A stretch of DNA of 29,662 nucleotides from Bilabrum cf. latius (taxonomy: Eukaryota). Made by a program: the position numbers and the translations under genes. Each line of letters begins with the position of its first letter. The first letter of the stretch is position 1. Under the pieces are notes generated by a model that had not been told where the DNA came from, searched no databases, and was given only the letters and a program-made list of their open reading frames with translations. The stretch is taken from assembly GCA_965178125.1 (NCBI GenBank), contig OZ237741.1:1426001-1455662 (forward strand). Direction: 5' to 3'. Positions 1-9,620 of this stretch are shown here, one piece after another.

Positions 1-1
1 T

Positions 2-2604
2 GATCTGATTCAGCAGCGCAACATCGAAATTCAGTAGCTGCGCGAAGCTATTGTGCAGCTTCAGGCGGACGCAGAGGGGACCACCTTAGACTCGTCTCGT
101 CGCGCACTGCAGGACGCCGGCGGCGGATCCGACGAGCGGGACAGTGGCGAGCTGCGGTCGCCTGCCAATGCGAGAAGCCTGGGTGCGTCTCTTGACCACC
201 CGAGGTACTTGACGGTCGACATCGACCTGGACGACGGCCCCTGGCAGCCGAAGTACTCTACCGTGCTGTTCCACCGCCCTAGGCCGCAGCCTGGTTGGTT
301 CAACCTGAACGACACGGAGCAGCTGTCCGAATGCCCCGAGCTTTTCCGCATCGAAGATCGTGCGTAGTGCGTCGTGCCTTGTGACCCTATATGGGCGTGT
401 ACCGGGGACAACTTCTGCGCCACAGGCTACAGAAGCGTCGGTCCCGAGTGGAGATGCAACGCCTGCGACGAGGGCTACTACCGCCGGGCTGGGGAATGCG
501 TAGAGTGCCCCGACAATCCGTGGATCCTGATCGCAGTATTCATCATCATCATGATCTGTGGCGTGGGGTTCGTTTACTTTCTGGCCAAGTACAACATCAA
601 CCTGGTTCTGACCACACTGGGAATGGACTTTTTCCAGGTACTCGCTTTATTCGCCCAGTCACGGGTTCCCTGGCCCCCTGTGCTGGAGGAGATCCTGCAC
701 GTGCTGTCCGCGTTCAACCTCAACATTGAGATCACCGCACCCGAGTGCACGGTGCCCGACCTCAGCTACATGTCCAAGTGGGTGTTCATCATGATGCTGC
801 CCGTAGCCGGTCTCGTGTGCCTCTCGCTCGTGTACTTCAGCGTGTCCGTGTACGAGCACTGCATCAAGGGCAAGACCAGGACCGAGGCATGGTACGGTCA
901 GCACCTGAACAGGTGCATCTCCATGTTCCTCGTTGGCGGGTACATCTTGTATCTCATCCTCTCCAGGACGTCCTTTGACGTGCTCAACTGCTAGGTGAGG
1001 CGCTTGAGTTTGCTGCTGCCTGTTGCTTTGACCACTTTGTGCTTGCCTGTGTACCGTGACTCTATCGCGTCGTTCGAAATTCCCGTATCTCGCAGCCGAC
1101 GACCCCTCCAGATGGCCGCCTGTACCTCCAGGTTGTGTTCGAGCCGTGCAGCAAGCCCGGCGGGGTGCATCGCACGCTTCTTGGCCCCGCCATTATCACC
1201 ATGCTGGTGTACGGCTTGGGGTTCCCCGCGATCGTGTTCTACGTGCTGTACACCAACCATGACCTCATCATGGAGGACCAGCTGCTGCGTGCCATGAGGA
1301 TGGGCGAGGACACTGTGACAAACCCTCACGCGCACACGATTCGCAGGAGGTACTCTAAGATGTACTTCGCATTCAAGCCCATCGGTTACCGCATCTACTG
1401 GATGCTGGCGCTGATTGCTCGCAAGTTCTTCTTCGCGCTGACGTCACTGCTGTTCGTGCGCAACGCGGTGATGCAGCTGTCCATGTCTCTCCTCGTGATG
1501 TTCGCCGCCTTCGCGGCTCAGACGAGGTTCCACCCTTTCATGTCACCGGACGAGATGGAGGACACGCTTAGGCAGCACAAGCGGCTGTCATTCGACCCCA
1601 GCTCGCCCCACTCCAAGCTGGCAGCAACCATCAAGTCGGTGGTGCAGAAGGGCAGGAAGCGGGCCACGTACGGACAGGGCTTCCAGAGGCTGACCGAGTC
1701 ACCCAACCTGCTCGTGCAGTTCGGTGGCACAGTGATGGGGGCCGCCATTAACTACAACACCATCGAGTCCGTGCTGCTAGGATCTGCCGTGCTGGTCAAC
1801 CTGAGCGGCATTATGTTCAGCTCGGGCCAGCTTAACACGGACGAGACGGGTGAGTACTATGCTGGGTACAGGGACACTCTCATCGCGCTGACTCTGGTGA
1901 TTATTTTCGGCACACTGATCTACTTCTTTGCGGTGTTTGCGTACGACATCTACACGCTCTGTGCGTCGGCCCAGGAGGCAGAGGCAGGGGCCGGGAAGAG
2001 TGGAAAGAAGGGGAGGCGCAGCTCCAGCGCACCCGGCTCAGGGGCAGCGGCGATGCGCGCAAAGGGCTCTGGATTTTCAGCTGGCTTGCCCGGCGAGGAC
2101 GACCAGATGGTTGGTGTGATCGAGCAGCAGACCAACCCCGTGTTTGCCCAGGCTCATCGCAAGAGCTTGATGACCGACTCTTTAGACGCCGAGGAGGCCA
2201 TGCAGGGCATGAAGGCGCTGCCTGATGAGCAGCAGTGGGCGGTCTTCAGGGAGCAGTACGGCATCCTGCAGCAGCAGGTGAAGGCCCTGACGGAGCAGGC
2301 GCAGGCTGCCAGGGAAAGCTCGGACCGAGCCGAGCTGGCGGAGCAGTCGAGGCCCAGCTCCTCCACAGAGGCGGCAGCCGCGGCGGCGTCTTCAGGTGGG
2401 GGGGTTCAGCGGAACCCGATGGGTAGGCGTGGCCAGCGCAGAGGCCGCAAGAGCATCTTCAGCCCGACGACTTCGGCCAGGGGGGCACTGCAGGCTGGCT
2501 CAGGGATTGAGCCTGGGGCTGGGGCTGGGGCGGGCGAGACTGGGTCTTCTCTGGCTGATCTGCGCAAGGGGGCGCGAGGTCGGTTGGGTGGGACCAAGGC
2601 CTGA
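2..2604 (+). CDS. 5'-partial multi-pass membrane protein with Cys-rich extracellular region and low-complexity/coiled-coil C-tail; exons <2-994 and 1096-2604; needs UAG=sense
   Basis: One frame from position 2 is broken only by TAG at 35 (EIQ*LREAI), 365 (EDRA*CVVPCDP) and 992 (DVLNC*). The TAG at 992 is followed directly by a GTGAGG donor. Intron 995-1095 ends CGCAG and rejoins in frame (PTTPPDGRLYLQVVFEPC). Cys-rich CNACDEGYYRRAGECVECP precedes many hydrophobic helices. Ends TGA 2602-2604. Confidence 0.85.
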
Positions 2605-2992
2605 GGGGGTATTTCATTGTTTATTTGGTGCGTTATATTTGGTCGAACGGGTGCATGGAGCGGTATCACGTGCGACAGGAACGGCAGCTGTCTCCCCAGT
2701 GGAGTCCCCACTGCTGCAACCTCTCCCGCGCGCGAGATGGGTCGGTCGTAAGCAATGTCGAGTGGCATGTGTTACCCAACCAGCACACAGTGCACGCCAT
2801 ACAAAGGAAATTTGCTAATTACTTCTTTGCTTTGCTCATCTCCCGATGATTAATCAATCGTGAATTCATGATCCGTCGCGGGAGAGACGCGATCGCTGCG
2901 GCGCTGCGCATGGTTCCCTGGCTGGAGGTTCCGCTGGCGCGTGTCTGCCGGGCATCAACCACCGCCGCTGTCTCTGCCAAAGCCTGCACAAC

Positions 2993-4231
2993 ATGCATTC
3001 GATTCGCTCTGTGTCCCGATCTGCCCTCCGAGCTGCCTCCGGGATCCGGTCGTTCTCTGCTTCCGCTGCCGCCGTGAGATCTGCTGTGCGACGCTACGAC
3101 CGCACGCCCCGATTTTGAGTGGATCTTCAGTTCTTGTGCCTGATCCGTGACATAATCACGAGAGATAGTTTTAATGTAGTTTACCTGTGAATTGCGGCGT
3201 GTTGTGTGAAACTGAAGGGTGGGCCTGCGCTGATCTAAGACTTACGCAATTCTCAAGGTTGCAGAGCCCTTCCTACATGTTTTGCGCAGGGCAAGCGAGT
3301 AGCGGTGCTGGGCGCATCTGGAGGTATTGGTCAGCCAATGTCGTTGCTCCTGAAGCTCGACCCCAACGTCTCGTCTCTGTCGCTGTACGATATCCAGGGA
3401 TCGCCAGGCGTTGCGGCTGACATCGGCCACTGCTGCACTGCCGGCACGGTGGAAGGCTTCGCCGGGGCTGACCAGCTTGATGCTGCCCTCAAGGGTGCGG
3501 ATCTGGTTATTATCCCTGCCGGAGTGCCACGAAAGCCCGGCATGACGCGTGATGACCTGTTCAACACGAACGCGAGCATCGTCAAGCAGCTCGCAGAGGG
3601 ATGCGCCCGTGCCTGCCCCGAGGCTGCCATTGGCATCATCTCCAACCCCGTGAACTCGACTGTTCCGATCGCTGCCGAGGCGCTCAAGGCCGCCGGTGTC
3701 TACAACCCGAAGAAGCTCTTCGGCATCACCACGCTGGACGTGGTGCGCGCCAACAAGTTCGTCGGCGACTCGCAGGGCTGGGACCCCAAGGATGTCGAGG
3801 TCACCGTGGTGGGCGGACACGCGGGCAAGACCATCCTGCCGCTCCTCTCCCGCGTGCAGAACGCGCAGTGGGACCAGGAGACGCTCGAGAAGCTGTACAA
3901 CCGCATCCAGTTTGGCGGGGACGAGGTGGTGCAGGCCAAGGACGGGGCAGGGTCGGCCACCCTCTCCATGGCCTACGCGGGGGCACGGTTCGCCAACTCT
4001 CTGCTGCGTGCCATGGGCGGCGAGCAGGGCGTTAGCGAGTGCGCCTTCGTGGAGTCCTCCGTGACGGAGGCTCCCTTCTTCTCTACCAGGATCGAGCTGA
4101 CCGAGGAAGGCGTGGGCAAGATCCACGAGGTGGGGGAGCTGTCCGAGTGGGAGCAGGCCAACTTCGACGAGATGCTGCCTGTGTTGCAGCAGCAGATCCA
4201 GAAGGGCATCGACTTCGCCAAGGGCAACTGA
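2993..4231 (+). CDS. MDH2: Mitochondrial NAD-dependent malate dehydrogenase (340 aa); exons 2993-3073 and 3290-4231
   Basis: Motifs [66 protein letters not shown] and [15 protein letters not shown]. Exon 1 encodes an Arg/Ser/Ala presequence [27 protein letters not shown]. Phase-0 intron 3074-3289 (GTGAGA...GCGCAG). Ends TGA; no TAG codons. Confidence 0.96.
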
Positions 4232-4421
4232 GCGCGATGGGCTGAGTAGCTCGGTCCCACGGCACCGCAGTGAAGCTCAGCAGCCATGTCTGAATAGCCG
4301 CGTGGGTCAGACGACGCTTGGCATAACTATCCGGTCACTGAGCGAAAGATGGCGTGACTAGCAGTGCATTCCGCTTGTACAGAACGTTCCATGATCAAAA
4401 CTCCCGCGCCACAAGCCACCT

Positions 4422-6107
4422 TCAGACATCACCCCCACCGCTCCCCTCCGCCCTGCGCTCGCCCTCCTGGATGCTCCCGATGGAAGCACCGACACGGACC
4501 TGAGCGTCCCCACCCGCATCCAGACCCACGCTGCCACCCCTGCCTCCCTCCTCCTGCGCGCGTGCGTGCACCAGCAACAGCGGCTCCCGCGCGCCCATTT
4601 CTCCTCCGCCATCCGCGCCGATCGCAGCCGCCCCCGCCCCCTTCCTGCTCTCTAGATCCCCATGCCCTGGCCCCGGGCCCGCCCCGGTGTCTGCCAGATT
4701 CTTGGAGCTCCGCCGAATCGCTGCCGATGACAACGCATCCCAGTCACTGATCAGCACGAAGTAAGCAGCCGTCAGCGTGATGGTGGCATAGCCCGCCACG
4801 AGCGCCCCCCACAGCGCCTCCAGCCCCAGGTGCAGCACCAGCACAAACACGAAGGCCAGCGGCACAGACACGCCCCACGCACCAGGCAGGAAAGATGCCA
4901 TAATGGCCAGCGAGCGCGACTGCCCCTGCAAAATTGCCACCGACACAAAGAATATTGCCAACAGAAAGTACGCAGGACCCACCAGGCGCGACAGCTGCCC
5001 GATGTAATGCAGCACATCGGGGTCTTGGGTGAACACCTGGCCCAGGTGTTGGCCTGCCCCGATCAAGACAGCCGCGATGATTGATCCGATGCAAACGGAC
5101 ACAACAAGGTTAAGCCAAGCGACGAACCGAGCCGCTTGTACCTGGCCTGCACCCAAGTTGTGCCCCACCCGGACCGTCGTGGCAGACACCAGCCCGTACA
5201 GCCCCGACGTCAACAAGAAGAAGACCTGCAGCATCACCTAGTGAGCTGCTAGTGCATGAGGGCCCAGCTCTGCCCCGAGGAAAGACACCAGCTGCAGCTG
5301 AGCGTTCTGTAGCAAGTTGCCAGCCATCAGAGGCAGCAGCCGCTTCACGTGCAGCTCGTACCAACGCGAGGCAATCCACACGTCGGAACCCCCCAGCCCG
5401 CAGAACACGGCGGCTCGGTCCTCCCCGCCCTTCCAAGCCACGTACACCAGCACCATGACAAAAGAGGCCCAACGAGTGACCGACGTGGCGATCGGAGACC
5501 CAATGAACCCGAGACCCTCGAAGCCGAATGCACCAAATATCAGCACGTAGTTGAGCCCAGCATTCACAGCAAGCAGCGAAACGTTGATGACCAATGCTGG
5601 CAATGCGTCTCCACGCCCTTGCAGGTAGTTCTAGATGCACACTCGCCACATCATTGGTGGCAAGGAAACCATAAACCACCGGTTGAACAACCCAGCCTTC
5701 GAGCTCTCCTCGGCTGCATACCCAATGCCGAGCAGCACGTCTTCCGTGTATAGCCATGCAATCATCACTGGCACCAAAGCTGCAGTGCATGAACCCATGG
5801 CGATCCACAGCCAAGAACCTGCGAGCTCCCAGTTGCCGGCGCCCACAGCTTGCGAACAAAGGGCCTTGATGGTGGCTCCATAGGACTGCCACAAGCTGGC
5901 TGATGTGAAGTCTACCCAGACTAGAGCGAGGGCTGCCGAAGCTAGCTCAGATACCCCCAGGTGGCCCAAAAATGCATTGTCAGTCGTCTCGATCCCAAGT
6001 CGAGCCATCAGTGCGATTGCCATCGGCAGGCCAATGCTAACCCATGACACTGCTTCATTCAGCTGCTCCGCGTTCCATCGCTTACAACACCATGAAACGC
6101 TAGACAT
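4422..6107 (-). CDS. MATE-family (multidrug and toxic compound extrusion) transporter, copy A, 561 aa with two in-frame TAG
   Basis: ORFs 5631-6140, 5238-5603 and 4422-5237 share a frame and are separated only by TAG at 5631 and 5238. MATE motifs: FLGHLGVSELASAALA, LCSQAVGAGN, NYVLIFGAFGFEGLGFIGSPIATS, LAAH*VMLQ, VRVGHNLGAG. Ends TGA. Confidence 0.92.
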
Positions 6108-6228
6108 CACTGCATCAAATAAGCAGACACTACGACACAAAGTCTCTCATCTGCCGTAGAGTTACGATCCACTATTGATGGGTTGTCTTCATCTTCGCTT
6201 CAAGTTGCCAGACAAGTAATCTAATTGC

Positions 6229-6298
6229 CTTCGACAAGATGCTGCCTGTGCTGCAGCAGCAGATCCAGAAGGGCATCGACTTCGCCAAGGGCAACTGA
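6229..6298 (+). pseudogene. Duplicated 3'-terminal fragment of the MDH gene ([22 protein letters not shown])
   Basis: Copy of 4162-4231 with two substitutions and no upstream MDH sequence. Confidence 0.85.
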
Positions 6299-6488
6299 GC
6301 GCGATGGGCTGAGTAGCTCGGTCCCACGGCACCGCAGTGAAGCTCAGCAGCCATGTCTGAATAGCCGTGTGGGTCAGACGACGCTTGGCATAACTATCCG
6401 GTCACTGAGCAAAAGATGGCGTGACTAGCAGTGCATTCCGCTTGTACAGAACGTTCCATGATCAAAACTCCCGCGCCACAAGCCACCT

Positions 6489-8174
6489 TCAGACATCACC
6501 CCCACCGCTCCCCTCCGCCCTGCGCTCGCCCTCCTGGATGCTCCCGATGGAAGCACCGACACGGACCTGAGCGTCCCCACCCGCATCCAGACCCATGCTG
6601 CCACCCCTGCCTCCCTCCTCCTGCGCGCGTGCGTGCACCAGCAACAGCGGCTCCCGCGCGCCCATTTCTCCTCCGCCATCCGCGCCGATCGCAGCCGCCC
6701 CCGCCCCCTTCCTGCTCTCTAGATCCCCATGCCCTGGCCCCGGGCCCGCCCCGGTGTCTGCCAGATTCTTGGAGCTCCGCCGAATCGCTGCCGATGACAA
6801 CGCATCCCAGTCACTGATCAGCACGAAGTAAGCAGCCGTCAGCGTGATGGTGGCATAGCCCGCCACGAGCGCCCCCCACAGCGCCTCCAGCCCCAGGTGC
6901 AGCACCAGCACAAACACGAAGGCCAGCGGCACAGACACGCCCCACGCACCAGGCAGGAAAGATGCCATAATGGCCAGCGAGCGCGACTGCCCCTGCAAAA
7001 TTGCCACCGACACAAAGAATATTGCCAACAGAAAGTACGCAGGACCCACCAGGCGCGACAGCTGCCCGATGTAATGCAGCACATCGGGGTCTTGGGTGAA
7101 CACCTGGCCCAGGTGTTGGCCTGCCCCGATCAAGATTGCTGATATTACGAACCCGATGGCAACAGAAACGACAAGATCTAGCCAAGCGACGAACCGAGCC
7201 GCTTGTACCTGGCCTGCACCCAAGTTGTGCCCCACCCGGACCGTCGTGGCAGACACCAGCCCGTACAGCCCCGACGTCAACAAGAAGAAGACCTGCAGCA
7301 TCACCTAGTGAGCTGCTAGTGCATGAGGGCCCAGCTCTGCCCCGAGGAAAGACACCAGCTGCAGCTGAGCATTTTCCAGCAGATTGCCAGCCATCAGAGG
7401 CAGCAGCCGCTTCACGTGCAGCTCGTACCAACGCGAGGCAATCCACACGTCGGAACCCCCCAGCCCACAGAACACGGCGGCTCGGTCCTCCCCGCCCTTC
7501 CAAGCCACGTACACCAGCACCATGACAAACGAGGCCCAACGAGTGACCGACGTGGCGATCGGAGACCCAATGAACCCGAGACCCTCGAAGCCGAATGCAC
7601 CAAATATCAGCACGTAGTTGAGCCCGGCATTCACAGCAAGCAGCGAAACGTTGATGACCAATGCTGGCAATGCGTCTCCACGCCCTTGCAGGTAGTTCTG
7701 AACGCATATGTACCACATCATCGGGGGTAGCGAGAGTAGATACCACCGGTTGAACAACCCAGCCTTCGAGCTCTCCTCGGCTGCATATCCAACGCCGAGC
7801 AGCACGTCTTCCGTGTATAGCCATGCAATCATCACTGGCACCAAAGCTGCAGTGCATGAACCCATGGCGATCCACAGCCAAGAACCTGCGAGCTCCCAGT
7901 TGCCGGCGCCCACGGCTTGCGAACAAAGGGCCTTGATGGTGGCTCCATAGGACTGCCACAAGCTGGCTGATGTGAAGTCTACCCAGACTAGAGCGAGGGC
8001 TGCCGAAGCTAGCTCAGATACCCCCAGGTGGCCCAAAAATGCCGTATCAGTCGTCTCTATCCCTAACCTTGCAACTAATGCGATCGCCATCGGGGTTGCA
8101 ATGCTAACCCATGACACTGCTTCATTCAGCTGCTCCGCGTTCCATCGCTTACAACACCATGAAACACTGGACAT
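6489..8174 (-). CDS. MATE-family transporter, copy B, 561 aa with one in-frame TAG
   Basis: Paralogue of copy A offset by 2067 bp. Single TAG at 7305 (LAAH*VMLQ). It has CAG at 7698 where copy A has TAG. Ends TGA. Confidence 0.92.
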
Positions 8175-8392
8175 TACAACATAGCTAACCCAAGCATTAT
8201 CGCCTTACGACTTTTGGAGAAACCAGGTAACGCAGGGAACTCTAGTGAACGTTCATGGTTTTTTGGTTTTAATGCATTGCACTGTCGTGCTGATACGTTT
8301 GCAGTTCTGGTCAGTTTGCTTTCGTAGCGATTCGACGCATCTCCCCTGTTTGCATCCCGAGGCTTGGGTTTGTACGCGTTGATCGATTTATC

Positions 8393-9544
8393 ATGGAGCT
8401 GGACGATGGACCGCCGGGTCTTATTCGGGACAAGTCCGGCCCACCATCTGCAGGCTCGAAAAACAACGGCACTGCTCAAAATGCAGCGAGAGGAAAAGCA
8501 AGCAACGATACATCAGCAAAAGGGATCTCAGCTAAGCCAGTATCTCCATAGGGGCGGCGTATTAGCCTGGTGGCTGTCGTACATTCTATTGCGGCATTCG
8601 CAAACAAAGTTGGCACGGCATTCGCTCCAGAGGATGGCGAGTCTCATCTCATCGGTAGCGATGAAAGCATCAGTGACAGCAAGTAGGATGGTAAACGAAG
8701 GGGCTTGAGAAGTACTTCATCGAAAGGGGCCCATGACATGCGGCAGGGTATGAACAGAAGGCATTCTGACGACATAACCGCTATGGAACGGGGTAAAGCG
8801 TCAGAGCATATGAGAAATCGGCATGTTAGTGTTGATGCAGGTATTTCGCACGAAAATTTTGATTCAGGGCGATTGAGAATCACCCGGGCTTCAATGCCAG
8901 CAAGCACAGCTGCACGCTCCGCTCGTTCGACTGCCAGGATACCGTTCGCCGAAGTGTAGGCAGGCCAGCAAACAGAATCAGGTGATAGCAGTGGTGTGAC
9001 GCCATCAGAGCCGATTCGATAGGCCTGGGCAGGACCAGGCCCGGCTGGAAGCACGGCAGCCTCGATCGACCCGGTGCAGAGGATGATGGAGGGTCTGCAT
9101 GCAGGAGGGGGAGCACCAGTAGGGGGATAGGGAGACCGCGAGACATCCCCATCTGGGCTGGTCGCCCCATGCCCCGGGCGATCCATTACGTCTGATGCTG
9201 CCGAGCGCAGCTACCTTGGGCGGGCAGGGACAGGGACGGAGGGGGGGTTAGCTTGCGCAGGCGAGGCCACTACCTCTTCACCGCGCGAGCGGTCTGGGGG
9301 TGGCGGTTCGACACTCGACCCGAGCAGAGTGGCCCCGCTTGGATACGGCGCGCAACGCGGGCGGAGAGGCAGCTCGCAGGGACGTCGACATCGCTCATCT
9401 GCAGCGTCACTCAAGGGAGGTACAGAGGTGCGGCCAGCTCGACTGGCCTCTTCCACCATGTCGTACGATCCAGGAGATGACTGCTGCGGGGACGCCTGCC
9501 AATGCTTCCTGTGGGGGGAAGACTACGGCGAGACTTACCACTGA
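8393..9544 (+). CDS. Hypothetical low-complexity protein, 383 aa, with Cys-rich C-terminus; visible only if UAG is sense
   Basis: ATG 8393 (MELDDGPPGL) to TGA 9542-9544. In-frame TAG at 8549, 8684, 8957, 9020 and 9128, and no TAA/TGA. It fills the gap between MATE-B and the giant gene. Ends MSYDPGDDCCGDACQCFLWGEDYGETYH. Confidence 0.72.
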
Positions 9545-9620
9545 TTTGCCCACATCCACAGAAATGCATGTTAGAAGAAATCCGCACTTGCTCCCATGTC
9601 TATTCGAGTACTCAAATTCA

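Larger units (their letters stand above)
4162..8177. repeat. Tandem duplication (2067-bp offset): ~4162-6109 vs ~6229-8177
   Basis: Near-identical blocks containing the MDH 3' end, the intergenic region and the whole MATE gene. A ~119-bp unique spacer lies at 6110-6228. Confidence 0.95.

Noticed and set aside
3242-4126. Long antisense/alternative-frame ORFs (e.g. 3242-4126 -, 6811-7959 -, 8644-9186 -, 9502-10122 +, 10402-10803 +)
   Set aside because: Shadows of GC-rich real genes on the other strand or frame, with no recognisable motifs.
5238-7700. UAG as Trp via A-to-I editing, or as pyrrolysine
   Set aside because: TAG aligns with CAG and a conserved Gln, not Trp. Pyrrolysine is prokaryotic and restricted to few sites. 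U-to-C editing cannot be formally excluded without RNA data but is less parsimonious.
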